Assembly (NCBI RefSeq): GCF_009914755.1
Contig: NC_060928.1
Direction: 5' to 3' (one strand)
Length of the DNA: 64,000 nucleotides
Source of the DNA: the human T2T-CHM13v2.0 reference genome, Homo sapiens
Shown in pieces: positions 19,560 through 33,833 of the stretch (positions are counted from its first letter, which is position 1; every line of letters starts with the position of its first letter). The position numbers and the translations under genes are program-made. Under the pieces are notes generated by a model. That model was not told the DNA's origin, did not search any database, and saw nothing but the letters and a program-made list of their open reading frames with translations.

Positions 19560-20110
19560 AATTTATTTGTTGAATCCACAAATGTTGACTGAGCACCAGT
19601 ATACTGTGTGCCAGGCACTGTCCCTAGCCCAGGAGATGCTGTAGCAACCAAGACAAATGAGATTTTTACCTTTATTGGGAAGACCAATAATATACAAGGA
19701 AACACTTAAAAAAACAATAGTTCTGTAGATCATTTTAGGGGGTAGGAAGACAATAAACACCAAAACATGATAGAGAATGCTTTGAGATGGGTGTGCTACT
19801 TTAGACAGGGTAAAATGGAAAGGTCTATGTGCACAGGTGAGATTTAATCTGAGATCTTTATTACAATAAGAAACTGGGCTAGGAAATACAGACAGCACAT
19901 TCCATGCAGAGGAAATGGCAAACATAAAGGCCCTGTAGTGGCCCCAGTTGGGATATTCCAGGAGCAGAGATAAGCTACTGTGGCTGAAGTGGTGAAACAC
20001 AGAGAATAGCAGACTGGCAAGGTGGTGGTGGGACAGGTCACACAGGGTGTTGTGGTCCCAGGAAGAAGCTGAGTTGAAAGATTTTCTACAGGGCAGCCAC
20101 ATGATCTGGC
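19560..20110 (-). mobile_element. L2 LINE 3' fragment
   Basis: 'tgagcacc...tgtgccaggcactgt' 3' signature followed by L2 body. Confidence 0.65.
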
Positions 20111-20117
20111 TACCCAG

Positions 20118-20545
20118 TGGAAAGTTCTGCTTTGTAAAGAAAATGATATTTATTTGTGAATGGGCATTGTAATGAGAATATACATGCCATAGTAAACTAT
20201 GTGAATATTCAGGACAGTAAAGGAAGACAAAGTGTTTTAATGTAAAAATGAGGAGGATTACATAATTGTTTTGAGACAATTACTGTCAGCTACAAGGATC
20301 AATAAGATGGGCAGTGCCAGTTTCAGGTTGGACAGGCAGTTATTGGGTAGATGTCCTTGCAGAAGTATTTTTGGTGTGTAAGACTTTGATGGAAAGGTTG
20401 TGGTATTTGCAGAATCTTTCGTGATAGTTCTTGTTATCTGGCATTCATGCACAAAAACCCTGCATGCCTTCATGGCCTTCTCTGGCTCCATTTTGTCAGG
20501 GATTTTAACATAAGTGACTCCATTTTTATTTTGACAACTTTCACA
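20118..20545 (-). mobile_element. ERV1 LTR (MER93/MER72-like)
   Basis: Minus strand begins TGTGAAAGTTGTCAAAATAAAAATGGAGTCAC. Confidence 0.65.
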
Positions 20546-20749
20546 ATGGAAACTTGTGTGTGAAGGGCTGGCCTTTCCAGCCCAACTTGCAAAGTCCTAC
20601 ACGCTGGATCTCTGTGCCATCTGCTGACAGGGAGTCTGTGGGAAGATAGTACTTCTTGAAAAGTTCAGCCTCCTGCATGCCCATGGAGTTCTTCAGTTTC
20701 ATGGTTGCTGCTTTAGGGCCTACTAAGATTTGGGCATTCTCCTTTCTCA

Positions 20750-21083
20750 TTCTTCTTCTTCTTCTTTTTTTTTTTTTTTTTTTTTTGAGACAGGGTCTTG
20801 CTCTGTTGCCCAGGCTGGAGTGCAGTGGTGCGATCATAGCTAACTGCAGCCTCTGGCTCCTGCACCAAGTGATCCTCTCACTTTAGTCTCCCAGTAGCTG
20901 GGACTATAGGCATGTGCCACCATGCCTGGCTATTTTTTTTTTTTTTTTTTTTTTTTTTTGTAGAGACAGGGTCACAACATGTGTTGCCGAGGCTGGTCTC
21001 TAACTCCAGGGCTCAACTGATCCTCATGCCTCTGCCTCCCAAAGAATTAGAATTACAGGTGTGAACCACCAACCACACCCAAT
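20750..21083 (-). mobile_element. AluJ
   Basis: T-tail, gagacagggtcttgctctgttgcccagg...gatcatagctaactgcagcc; long central T tract. Confidence 0.88.
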
Positions 21084-22483
21084 CCTGTTCTTTTGAAATA
21101 AATAATAAGGCAGAGGTTCAAAGCTAGCAATGTTTTAATGGAGAATAACGAAAAGCAATCTGTGCATTCACAGCCAGGTTTCACAATTTTTTAAAGGAAA
21201 ACATTTCATATTTTGTGTGATGATAATCTTATTTATATAGAAATGAATGCACATTTGCATTTCTTTCGGTGTGTTGAATTTTGCTCACGTATTGCAGCTT
21301 ATAATATTACATACTCAAAGATAAAATTTCCATATGCTTTCATCTGTAGATTTGGACTGTCCAAAGTGGTTAGGACTTCATAAACTAAATGTAAATAAAA
21401 GCTGGTTCATGAATTTGCAAATTGATTTTTCTTCTACTGCTTCACATAGGGCCAGAGCCCATTATATTCTAGTAGTTTGGGATGTAATTTAACATCTATT
21501 ATTTAGATATGTGATCTAAACAACACATTGGCATTACTTCTGCATAAATCCATATATTACTTTAAAATATGGACAAAAGTCTTGCATGCATATAGTCCCC
21601 ACCTCCCTAGGCTCTCACTTTTACTTCCTCTCCTCCATCCTTCCCTTCCCAAACACGGAGTTGATCTCTCTGGACAGCATATGTTTGTACTTTTGGTGTA
21701 CAAGTTTGTCTTGGTGAGTCTTTCCCATGGGATTCTAAGCTCTTTGAGGGCAGGACTGTATTGCTGCAGCCCCTACCTCCATTCTGTCTCATACCTCACT
21801 CTCCTCCCATGGCTTGCTTTGCATTTTGTGCAGTAGATGTGTTCGGTTGAATTGAGTGGTAAATATTTTCCATGCGTGTGTGTACAATTGAGCAAGCCAA
21901 TGTAGTGCTTATGTTATTTTTTTTAAAAATGCATCATAGAGTTAACTGAAAGTAATTCCTTCCAGGCTGCTGAAGTCAGCCACAGTAACAGCAGCTGCAT
22001 TTTGAAGCTGTGGGGATGGTAGTGGTGGAAATTACGGCATGGAAGGCTCTCAGGAAGCCTCATCTTTTGAAACTCTCCAAGCTTTTACATAAACCACAAT
22101 CTCCCTGCAAGTGACTCTCTGCTTCTGTGCAAGAAAACACTTTTGCAAGTATTTTGTTTTTTCATGTTTAGTTTTGTTTTTCTTTGGCAACTGCAGGCAG
22201 GACTGAATGTTCTGGGTTTTCTCCCCCCTGGATTTGGGTGTGAGTGAATTTACACTTTTACTGTTTTGTAAATCATTGCCTAGGCTTTGACAGAGGCACT
22301 TTTGTAGGCAGGGGTGGTATGTGCTTAGCACCTCATGCAGAACATACCAGACATGTAATCACTTCTTTGCTGCAGAGGATGTAACTCAGCAATATTCGCT
22401 TTCCTCCACCCTAGCTGGAACTGCAGAACCTTTCTGCACATTACATGGAAGATTTTTCAGTTCATTTTATTTGAATACTAAAG

Positions 22484-22615
22484 TAGGATTGCCAGATAAA
22501 ATACATTCACCCAGTTGGATCTGAATTTCAGATAAACAATGAATAACACATTAGTATAAATAGGCCCTAAATATTACATGGGAAATACTTAAATACTAAA
22601 AAAGTATTTATTGTT
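22484..22615. mobile_element. MER53 hAT MITE, right arm largely replaced by an L1 fragment
   Basis: taggattgccagataaaatac...gaatttcagataaacaatgaataa...tttattgttt; terminal remnant aaccta at 23163-23168. Confidence 0.7.
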
Positions 22616-23162
22616 TGCATAGTATTCCATGGTGTATATGTGCCACATTTTCTTAATCCAGTCTATCATTGTTGGACATTTGGGTTGGTTCCAAGTCTTT
22701 GCTATTGTGAATAGTGCTGCAATAAACATACATGTGCATGTGTCCTTAGCAGCATGATTTATAATCCTTTGGGTATATACCCAGTAATGGGATGGCTGGG
22801 TCAAATGGTATTTCTAGTTCTAGATCCCTGAGGAATCACCACACTGACTTCCACAATGGTTGAACTAGTTTACAGTCCCACCAACAGTGTAAAAGTGTCC
22901 CTATTTCTCCACATCCTCTCCAGCGCCTGTTGTTTCCTGACTTTTTAATGATCACCATTCTAACTGGTGTGAGATGGTATCTCATTGTGGTTTTGATTTG
23001 CATTTCTCTGATGGCCAGTGATGATGAGCATTTTTCATGTGTTTTTTGGCTACATAAATATCTTCTTTTGAGAAGTGTCTGTTCATATGCTTTGCCCACT
23101 TTTTGATGGGGTTGTTTGTTTTTTTCTTGTAAATTTGTTTGAGTTCATTATAGTTTCTGGAT
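22616..23162 (-). mobile_element. Internal L1PA2/PA3-like fragment (ORF2 C-terminus) without 3' end or poly(A)
   Basis: ORF fragments [14 protein letters not shown] and [18 protein letters not shown]; both ends truncated. Confidence 0.9.
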
Positions 23163-24007
23163 AACCTACTCATCTGAATAGATATATTTTTATATATTTA
23201 TATTTATATAAATAATTTTTTTCAGAGAGAGAAAAATATAATTATATAGAGAGACATAGAAAGAGAGGAGGTACATGTGGCAGAAATGTTAGTGAATGTA
23301 AAAATAGTCAATGAAGGTACAGCTCTAGGTTTTCCAGAGGTGTATTCAGGTAACTACTACTTACATGGTCATAAAATTGAATTTGTCTGCAAAATTAGCC
23401 TTTAAATCAATGAGCTAAAATAAATGACTGCAATATTAAAGACAAGTATAGAGAAAGATGACTTTGCATGAATTCAAATAATTTATGGAAAATAGCTAGT
23501 ATTAATAAAATGTTCTCCTTTCCCATAATAGACAGTGAAAGAATAATTTTTGTTGTTTTTGTGGTTCATTTTGGAACTTTATATCTTATTTGAAAAGCAT
23601 TTCTAATCCCTACACCAAGACCCAGGCAAAGTTGTAGGGACCATTGGGTCCCATTCCTCCCAGCTACATCTGCATTGAGTGAGTCACAGTGCTCAACTTA
23701 GAATCGATTAAGTCTCTGCTAAATCTCCTTGTTTATTAGTTAAAACCTAGCTGCTTTTCATGAAAACTAAAGAGTCAACTCTATTTACTTTAATTTGATG
23801 AGATCATTTGCCAGATCAGGATTATTTGAAATTTGACCTTTCCTTGAGTTCTGTTTTATATGTGATACTTGAATGTAGAGGGTAGGATAAATGTACAAAA
23901 CATGATCCTTGCTCTCAGTGACCTTGCCATCTAGATGCTGGAGGACACAGGTTACACTAGCCCGAGGACTGAAGTTTTAGTTCCAGAGATGAAATTGGAA
24001 GCAGGTT

Positions 24008-24320
24008 CTTTTTCCTTTCCTTTCTCTCCCTCCCTTCCTCCTTCCCTCCCTCCCTCCTTTCTTCCTTCCCTCCTTCCCTCCTTCCTTCCTTCCTTTCCTC
24101 CTTCCCTCCTCCCTCCTTCCTTCTCCTTCCCTCCCTCCCTCCTTCCTTTCCTCCTTCCCTCCTTCCCTCCTTCCTTCCTTCCTTTCCTCCTTCCCTCCTC
24201 CCTCCTTCCTTCCTTTCTTCCCTCTCTCCTTTTCTCCTTCCTTTTTTCCTTCCCTCCCTCCTTTTCTCCTTCCTTCTCTCCCTCCTTTTCTCCTTCCTTC
24301 CCTCCTTCCTTTTCTTTCTT
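24008..24320. repeat. ~310-bp pure pyrimidine (CCTT/CCTC)n low-complexity tract
   Basis: Only C and T on the + strand; abuts the T-tail of a minus-strand Alu. Confidence 0.95.
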
Positions 24321-24607
24321 TTTTTTGAGGCAGGGTTTCACTCTGTCATACAGGCTGGAGTGTAGTGGCATGATCTCAACTCACTATAACCTTCATCTCC
24401 TGGGCTCAAGCTATCCTCCCACCTCAGCCTCCTGAGTATCTGGGACTACAAGTATGCACCACCAAGCCTGGCTAATTTTTGTATTTTTTGTAGAGTGAGG
24501 TTTTGCAATGTTGCCCAGGCTGGTCTCAAATTCCTGGACTCAAGGGATCCACCCACCTCAGCCTCACAAAGTGCTAGGATTACAGGCGTGAGCCACCACG
24601 CCTGGCC
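24321..24607 (-). mobile_element. AluJ
   Basis: Full dimer ending gagccaccacgcctggcc. Confidence 0.9.
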
Positions 24608-24759
24608 ATGTTCTTTTTTCTCTAAAAGAGTGGACCTTTATGCCACCCCACAAAGAATGAGTAAAACCCAGCAAGTTTCAATGCCATCTCTAGCCCTTTC
24701 AGACAGAGCATAGTAGAGTATTCTCAAAGAAGGGAAGGTATTCTATGGTGTATCTGTAC

Positions 24760-24855
24760 CACCATGGCACACATTTACCTATGTAACAATCCTGCATGTT
24801 CTGCACATGTGTCACAGAATTGAAAGTAAAATAAAAAAGAAGAAGAAGAAGAAGG
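24760..24855 (+). mobile_element. Short L1PA 3'-end fragment with (AAG)n tail
   Basis: caccatggcacacatttacctatgtaac...ctgcacatgt...aaagtaaaataaaaaagaagaag. Confidence 0.7.
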
Positions 24856-26946
24856 AAAGGGAGAAGGAGTTGTTCTGATAACTTGAGACTTCCAAGCATT
24901 AGCAGTGGGACCCAATGCACATCCTGTTGCCTTGAGCCACTCTGCAGAGAAAGGCAGAGAACCCTGTCTATTTATGGGGTCAGTGGTGTAGTCCTGGCCA
25001 AAATCAAGAGAAACCAGGTTTCAAGGCCTGGGTGGCCCCGGCACAATAGCACACCTACCTATAAAAATACAAAGCAGGAAGTCAATTTCACTCTTACATT
25101 TCAAACAAAATATTAGGGCCTAAATTTAATCTGCTATTTTTTTCCAGTTGCAAACTTTTTTTACTTATTTTTTTAGAACACTATTTATTTTAATTAATTA
25201 ATTAATTTAAATTTTAAGTTCCAGGGTACATGTGCAGGATGTGCAGGTTTGTTACATAGGTATATGCGTGCCATGGTGCTTTGCTACACCTATCAACCCA
25301 TCACCTAGGTATTAATCCCAGCATGCATTAGCTATTTTTCCTGATGCTCTCCTTCTTGCCACCTCTCCACCCCCACAGGGTCCAGTATGTGTTGTTCCTC
25401 TCCCTGTGCCCATGTATTCTCATTGTTCAGCTTCCACTTATAAGTGAGAACATGTGGTGTTTGGTTTTCTGTTCCTGTGCTAGTTTGCTGAGGATAATGG
25501 CTTCTGGCTCCATCTATGACCCTGTGAAGGACATGATCTCATTCCTTTTTATGGCTGCATAGTATTCCAGGGTGAATATGTGCCACATTTTCTTTATCCA
25601 GTCTATCATTGATGAGCATTTAGGTTGATTCCGTATCTTTGCTATTGTGAATAGTGCTGCAGTGAGCATATGCGTGCATGTATCTTTATGATAGAATGAT
25701 TTATATTCCTTTGGGTATATACCCAGTAATGGGATTGCTAGGTCAAATGGTATTCCTGGTTCTAGGTCTTTGAGGAATCGCCACACCGTCTTTCACAATG
25801 GTTGAACTAATTTACATTCCCACTGACAGTGTAAAAGCATTCCTATTTCTCCACAGGCTCACCAGCATCTGTTGTTTCTTGGTCTTTTAATAATTGTTAT
25901 TCTGACTGGCATGAGTTGATATCTCATTGTGGTTTTGATTTGCATTTCTCTAATGATCAGTGATGTTGAGCTTTTTTCATATGTTTCTTGGCCCCATGAA
26001 TGTTTTCTTTTCAGAAGTATCTGTTCATATCATTTGCCTACTTTTTAGTGGGGTTGTTTTTTTCTTGTAAATTTGTTAAAGTTCCTTGTAGACTCTGGAT
26101 ATTGGACTTTTGTCAGATAGATAGATTGCAAAATTTTTCTCCCATTGTGTATGTTGTCTGTTTGCTCTGATGATAGTTTCTTTTGCTGTGCAGAAGTTCT
26201 TTAGTTTAATTCAATCCCATTTGTCAATTTTTGCTTTTGTTGCAATTGTTTTTGACGTTTTCATCATAAAATCTTTGTCTATGGCTATGTCCTGAATGGT
26301 ATTGCCTAGATTTTCTTCTAGGATTTTTATAGTTTTGAGTTTTACATCTAAGTCTTAAATCCATCTTGAGTTAATTTTTGTATAATGTGTAAGGAAGGAA
26401 TCTACTTTCAATATCCTGCATATGGCTAAGCAGTTTTCCCAGCACCATTTATTAAATAGGGAATCCTTTGCCCATTGCTTGTTTTTGTCAGGTTTGTTGA
26501 AGATCAGATGGTTGTCAATGTGCAGTTTTATTTTTCAGTTCTCTATTCTGTTCTGTTGGTCTATGCATTTGTTTTTGTAGCAGTACCATGCTGTTTTGGT
26601 TACGGTAGCCTTGTAGTGTAGTTTGAAGTCAGGTAGTGTGATGCCTCCAGCTTTTGTTCTTTTTGCTTAGGATTGTCTTGGCTATATGGGCTCTTTTTTG
26701 GTTCCATATGAACTTTAAAATAGTTTTTTCTGATTCTGTGAAGAATGCCAATGGTAGTTTAGTTGGGATAACATTGAATCTATAAATTACTTTAGGCAGT
26801 ATGGTCATTTTCACAATATTGATTCTTCCTATCCTTGAGCATGGGAGGTTTTTCCATTTGTTTGTGTCCTCCCTGAATTCCTTGAGCAGTGGTTTGTAGT
26901 TCTCCTTGAAGAGGTCCTTCATTTCATTTGTTAGCTGTATTCTTAG

Positions 26947-27262
<316 letters not shown>

Positions 27263-29328
27263 TATTTTATTCTTTTTGTAGCAATTGTCCATAGGAGTTC
27301 ATCTGTGATTTGGCTCTCTGCTTGCCTGTTGGTGTATAGGAATGCTAGCAATTTTTGTACACTTATTTTATATCCTGAGGCTTTGCTGAAGTTTCTTATC
27401 AGCTTAAAAAGCTTTTGTGCTGAGACGATGGGGTTTTCTAGATATAAGATCATGTCATATGCAAACAAATATAATTTGACTTCCTCTCTACCTATTTGAA
27501 TACAGTTTATTTCTTTCTCTTGCCTGATTGCTCTGGCCAAAAGTTCCAATACTATGTTGAATAGGAGTGGTGTGAGAAGGCATCCTTGTCTTGCGCCTGT
27601 TTTCAAAAGGAATGTTTTCAGCATTTGCCTATTCAGTATGATGTTGGCTATGTGTTTGTCATAAATAGCTCTTATTATTTTGAGGTATGTTCCTTCAATA
27701 CCTAGTTTATTGAGAGTTTTTAACATGAAAGGATGCTGAATTTTATCAAAGGCCTTTTCCGTGTCTATTGATATAATCATGTGGTTTTTATCTTTAGTTC
27801 TGTTTATGTGATGAATTACTTTTATTGATATGTTTATGTTGAACCAGCCTTGCATCCTGGGGATGAAGTCAACTTTATTGTGGTGGATACGCTTTTTGAT
27901 GTGCTGCTGGGTTCGGTTTGCCAGTACTTTATTGAGGATTTTTGCATCCATGTTCATCAAGGATACTGGCCTGAAGTTTTCTTTTTTGTTGTATCTCTGC
28001 CAGGTTCTGGTATTAGGATGATACTGGCCTCATAAAATAAGTTAGGGAGGGGCCCCTCCTTTTCAGTTGTTTGCAATAGTTTCAGAAGAAATGGTACCAG
28101 CTCCTCTATGTACCTCTGATAGAATTCAGCTGTAAATCTGTCTGGTCCTGGGATTTTTTTGATTGGTAGGCTATTTATTACTGCCTCAATTTCAGAAATC
28201 ATTATTGGTCTATTCAGTTATTCAACTTCTTCTTGTTCCAGTCTTGGGAGGGTGTATGTGTCCAGGAATTTATCCATTTCTTCTAGACTTATTAGTTTAT
28301 TTGTATAGAGGTGTGTATAGTATTCTCTGATGGTTGTTTGTATTTCTGTAGGGTCAGTGGTGATATCCTCTTTATCATTTTTTATTGTGTCTATTTCATT
28401 CTTCTCTCTTTTCTTCTTTATTAGTCTAGCTAACAGTCTATCTATTTTATTAATATTTTTCAAAAAAACAGCCCCTGGATCTGTTGATTTTTGAAGTGTT
28501 TTTAATGTCTGTATCTCCTTCAGTTCAGCTCTGATCATGGTTGTCTCTTGTCTTCTGCTACCTTTGGGATTTGTTTGCTCTTGGTTCTCTAGTTCTTTTA
28601 GTTGTGATGTTAGGACTTCGATTTGAGATCTTTCTAGCTTTTTGATGTGGGCATTTAGTGCTATTAATTTCCTTCTTAACACTGCTTTAGCTGTGTCTCA
28701 GGGATTCTGGTACGTTATCTCATCTAATTAGTTTGAAAGAACTTCTTGATTATTTCTGCCTTAATTTCATTATCTACCCAGGAATCATTCAAGATCAGGT
28801 TGTTCAATTTCCATGTAGTTGTGTGTTTTTCAGTGAGTTTCTTAATCTTGAGTTCTAATTTGATTGTACTGTGTTCTGAGAGACTTTGTTATGATTTCAG
28901 TTATTTTGCTTTTGCTGAGGAGTGTTTTACTTCCAATTATGTGATCAATTTTAGAGTAAGTGCCATGTGGCATCAAGGAGAATGTATGTTCTGTTGTTTT
29001 GGGGTGGAGAGTTCGATAGGTATCTATTAGGTCCACTTGATCCAGAGCTGAATTCAAGTCCTGGATATCTTTGTTAATTTTCTGTCTCGATGATCTGTCT
29101 ATTGACAGTGGGATGTTAAAGTCTCCCAATATTATTGTGGGGAGCCTATGTCTCTTCCTAGGTCTCTAAGAACTTGTTTTATGAATCTGGCTGCTCCTGT
29201 ATTGGGTGCATATATATTTAGGATAGTTAGCACTTCTTATTTAATTAAACCCTTTACCCATTATATAAAGGCACTATATAATGTCCTTCTTTGTCTTTTT
29301 TGATCTTTGTTGAGTTAAAGTCTGTTTT

Positions 29329-29469
29329 CTTTTTATTTTTTTATTTATTTTTATTTTATTTTATTTTATTATTATTACACTTTAAGTTTTAGGGTACATG
29401 TGCACAATGTGCAGGTTAATTACATATGTATACATGTGCCATGCTGGTGTGCTGCACCCATTAACTCGC
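29329..29469 (-). mobile_element. Severely 5'-truncated young L1 (PA2/PA3-like) inside the older L1
   Basis: ~100 bp of L1 3'UTR plus tail; 13-bp TSD taaagtctgtttt at 29316-29328 and 29470-29482. Confidence 0.88.
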
Positions 29470-31955
29470 TAAAGTCTGTTTTGTCAGAAACTGGGATTGC
29501 AACACCTGCTTTTTTCTGCTTTCCATTTACTTGGTAAATTTTCCTTTATTCCTTTATTTTGAGCCTGTGTGTGTCTTTGTATGTGAGATGGGTCTCTCTA
29601 ATATATCACACCAACGGGTCTTGACTCTTTATTCACCTTGCCATTCTGCTGTTTTTTAATTGGGGCATTTATCCCATTTACATTTAAGGTTAATATTGTT
29701 ATGTGTGAATTTGATCCTGTCCTCCTGATGCTAGCTGGCTATTCTGCACACTTACGTGGTTGTTTCATAGTGTCATTGATTTGTGTACATCAGTGTGTTT
29801 TTGTAGTGGCTGGTAATGGTTTTTCCTTTCCATATTTAGTGCTTCCTTCAGAAGCTCTTGCAAGGCTGGCCTGGTGGTGATGAATTCCCTCAGCATTTGC
29901 TTGTCTGAAAAGGATCTTATTTCTCCATCACTTATGAAGCTTAGTATGGCCAGATATGAAATTCTGGGTTGGAAATTGTTTTCTTTAAAAATGTTGGACA
30001 TTGGCCCCTATCTCTTCTGTCTTGTAGGGTTTCTGCAGACAGATCCGCTGTTAGTCTGATGGGCTTCCCTTTGTAGGTGACCTGGCCTTTCTCTCTGGCT
30101 GCCCTTAACATTTTTTCCATCATTTTGACCTTGGAGAATCTGATGATTATTTGTCTTTAGGCTAATTTTTCTCATGGAGTATCTTACTGGGGTTCTCTGG
30201 ATTTCCTGAATTTGAATGTTGGCCTGTCTTGCTAGATTGGGGAAGTTCTGGATAATATCCTGAAGTATGTTTTCCAACTTGGTTCTGTTCTCCCTGTCTC
30301 TTTCAGGTACCCCAATAAGTCATAGGTTCAGTCTTTTTACATAATCCCATAGTTCTTGGGGGTTTTGTTTGTTCCTTCTCATTCTTTTTACTATAAGCTT
30401 GTCTGCCTGTCTTATTTCAGCAAGATTGTCTTCAAGGCTGAGATTCTTTCCTCCACTTGGTCTGTCCAGCTATTGATACTTGTGGTTGCACTGTGATGTT
30501 ACTGTGTTGTGTTTTTCAGCTCCATCAGGTCATTTATGTTTCTCTCTAAACTGATTATTCTGATTAAGAGCTCCTGTAATGTTTTATTGTGGTTCTTAGC
30601 TTCTTTGGATTGGGTTAGAACAAGCTCCTTTCACCCAGCGAAGTTCATTATTACCCACCTTCTGAAACCTACTTCTGTCAGTTCATCCATCTCAGCCTCA
30701 GTCCAGTTCTGTGCCCTAGATAAAGAGGTGTTGTGATCATTTGGAGGAGAAAAGGCACTCTGGCCTTTTGAGTTTTCAGAGGGTTTGAATTGATTCTTTC
30801 TCATCTTTGTGAGCTCATCTACCTCCAATCTTTGAGGCTGCTGACCTTTGGATGGGGTTTGTGTGGGGTCTTTTTTGTTGATATTGTTGATGTTATTACT
30901 TTCTATTGTTTGCTTGTTTTTCTTTTAACAGTCAGGCCCCTCTTCCATAGGGCTACTGTGGTTTGCTCGAGGTTCATTCCAGACCCTATTTGCCTGGGTC
31001 CCTCCCACACCTGGAGGTGTCCCCAGTGGAGGCTACAGAACAGCAAAGATGGCTGCCTGCTACTTTTTCTGGGATCTCCATCCCAGAGGGACACTGACCT
31101 GATGCCGGCGGGAATGCTCTTTTACAAGGTTTCTAATAACCTCTGTTGTGGGGTCTCACCCAGTCAGGAGGCACAGTATCAGGGACCCGCTTAATGAAGC
31201 ACTCTGGCTGTCCCTTGGCAGAGTGGGTGCACTGCGTTAGGGGCACATTCCCTTCATCCAGACTGCCTGGACTCTTCAGAGCCACCAGGCAGGAAAGACT
31301 AAGTCCACTGAACCATGGAGAACGTGGCCACCCCTCCCCTCAAAGGGCTCCATCCCAGGGAGATCAGAGTTCTGTCCGTAAACCCCTGGCTGGAGTTGCT
31401 GAAATTCCCACAGGGAGGCCCAGTCTGGTGAGGAGGGTTGGATCTGGTTCCCACCTAAAGAAGCAATCTGGCCAAGATCTGCCATAGCCGCTGTGCTGTG
31501 GGGAATTCCTCCTGGTCCAAACCGCCCAGTCTCCCTGGTACCTGCAGGGGAAATTGCTGACTGGAGCTGCAGTGATGGCGGCAGCCCTTCTGCTCCGGGA
31601 ACTCAGTCATCTTAGGCAGTCTCCAGCCTGCTGCCTAGAGTCTGCATAGCTATGTACTTGGGACCCAAGGTCCTGGTGGCGTGGGCTCACGAGGGGATCT
31701 CTTGATCCACAGGTTGCACAGATCTGTGGATAAAGTGTGGTTTCCCAGGCAAGGTAGCACAATCACTCACCGCCCCTCTTGGCTGGGAGTGGGAGCTTCC
31801 CTTGCCCTGTGCAGCTCCTGGGTGGGCTGTCACTCCACTCCACCTGCTTTTTCTCACTCTCCATGGGTCCCACCAACCACCTAGTCAGTCCCAGTGAGAG
31901 AACCTGGATATCCCAGTTGAAGGCACAGGATTCATTCGCCATTTTCGTTCTTCTC

Positions 31956-33680
31956 CTATTTATTTTTAATTGAGAATAAACATTGTACATATTTATCACA
32001 AACAGCATTATATTTTGAAATATATACATTGTGGAATGGCTAAATGAATTTAATTAACATATGCATTACTTCACATACTTATCTTTTTTTTGTGGTGAGA
32101 ACACGTAAATTCTCTCAGCAATTTTCATAACTACAATACATTGTTACTAACTATAGTCACCGTGTTGTGCAATATATCTCTTGAATTTGGTTGGTTCTCT
32201 AATCTAACTGAAATTTGTATCCTTTGACCAATGTCTCCTTCACCCTACAACCATCCCATTCCCCAGTCCATGCTAACCACCATTCTACTCTCTATTATAA
32301 ATTCAACTTTTCTATGAGTTTTGGGTCTTATATCTAAGTCTTCAACTTTTTTGGATTCCACATGCAAGTGAGATCATGTGATATTTCTCCTTCTGTGCCT
32401 GGCTTGTTTAACATCATATCCTCCAGGTTCATCCATGTTTTCCCAAATGATAGGATTTTCTTCTTTTTAAAGCTTGAATAGTATTCTATGCTGTATTTTC
32501 TTTATCCACTCATTCATTGATGAACATTCAGGTTGATTCCATATCTTGGCTATTGTGAACAATGCCACAGTGAACATGGGAGTACAGATATTTCTTCAAC
32601 ATATTGATTTCATTTCCTTTGGATGTATACCTAGTAGTGTGATTGCTGGATCATATGGTAATTCTATTTTTGATATTTTGAAAAACCTCCATACTATTTT
32701 CCTTAATGGCTCTACTAATTTACATTCCCACCAACAGTGTGTAAGAGTTCCGTTTTCTTCACATCTGCTCCAACACTTCTTATCTTTCACCTTTTTTTAT
32801 AACAGCCATTTTAACTTGTGAGAGGTGATGTCTTTTAATTTAGATTTCTCTGCTGATGAGTGATGCCGAGCATTTTTTCATATACCTATTAGCCATTTGT
32901 ATGTCCTCTTTTGGGAAACGTCTATTCACATTTTTTGCCCATTTAAAAAATTGGGTTGTTTTCTTGCTATTGAGTTGTTTGAGCTCCTTACGTATTTTGG
33001 ATATGAATCCATATTGTCTCTTCTGCAGGTTGTTTATTCACTCTGCTGATTGTTTCCCTTGCTGTGCAGAAGCTTTTTAGTTTGATATAATCTAATTTGT
33101 CTCTTTTTGCTTTAGTTGACTGTGCTTTGGGTGTCATATTAAAAAAATCACTGCCAAGACCAATGTCGTGACATTTTTCCTCTAAGTTTTCTTATAGTAG
33201 TTTTATAGTTTTAGGTCTTAGATATCTAAGTCTTTAATATGTTTTGAGTTGATTTTTGTATATGGGAGGAGATAAGGGTCTAATTCATTCTTCTACAAGT
33301 GGCTATCTGATTGTCCCAACACCATTTATTGAAGAGACTGTCGTTTACCCATTGTGTTTTCTTGGCATCTTTGTTGAAAATCAACTAACCATAAATGTGT
33401 GGGTTTATTTCTGGGCTCTATTCTGTTCCATTGGCCCATATGTCTGTTTTTATGTTAGTACCATGTTTTTATTATTGTTATTATTATTATTTTTCTCAAG
33501 ATTGCTTTGGCTATTCAGAGTTATTTGTGAGTCCATCATATTTTAGGATTGTTTTTCTGTTTCTGTGAAAAATATCCTTGGAATTTTGATAGGGATTGCA
33601 TTGACTGTAAATTGCTTTGAGTAGTATGGACATTTTAACAATATTAATTCTTCTCGTCCATGAATATGGGATATCTTGAG
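31956..33680 (-). mobile_element. L1MA-type 3' fragment
   Basis: L1MA 3'UTR and ORF2 C-terminal remnants ([12 protein letters not shown]). Confidence 0.8.
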
Positions 33681-33682
33681 AC

Positions 33683-33833
33683 CATGAACAGGGCCTCTGT
33701 CTGTTATCCAGGCTGGGGTGCAGTGGTGGGATTGCCCCTCACTATAACCTTGTACTCTTGGACTCAAGTAATCCTCCCACCTCAGCCTCCTGAGTAGCTA
33801 GGACTAGAGATGCATGCCACCATGCCTGGCTAA
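33683..33833 (-). mobile_element. Alu right-arm monomer (AluJ/FRAM-like)
   Basis: caggctggggtgcagtgg...tcctcccacctcagcctcctgagtagct...gcctggctaat. Confidence 0.75.

Noticed and set aside
19563-20279. 238-aa minus-strand ORF
   Set aside because: Runs across an ERV1 LTR and an L2 fragment with no recognisable domain; chance open frame
23935-24435. 166-aa Pro/Ser/Phe and 139-aa Glu/Gly/Arg ORFs
   Set aside because: Translations of the CT-rich repeat and adjacent Alu
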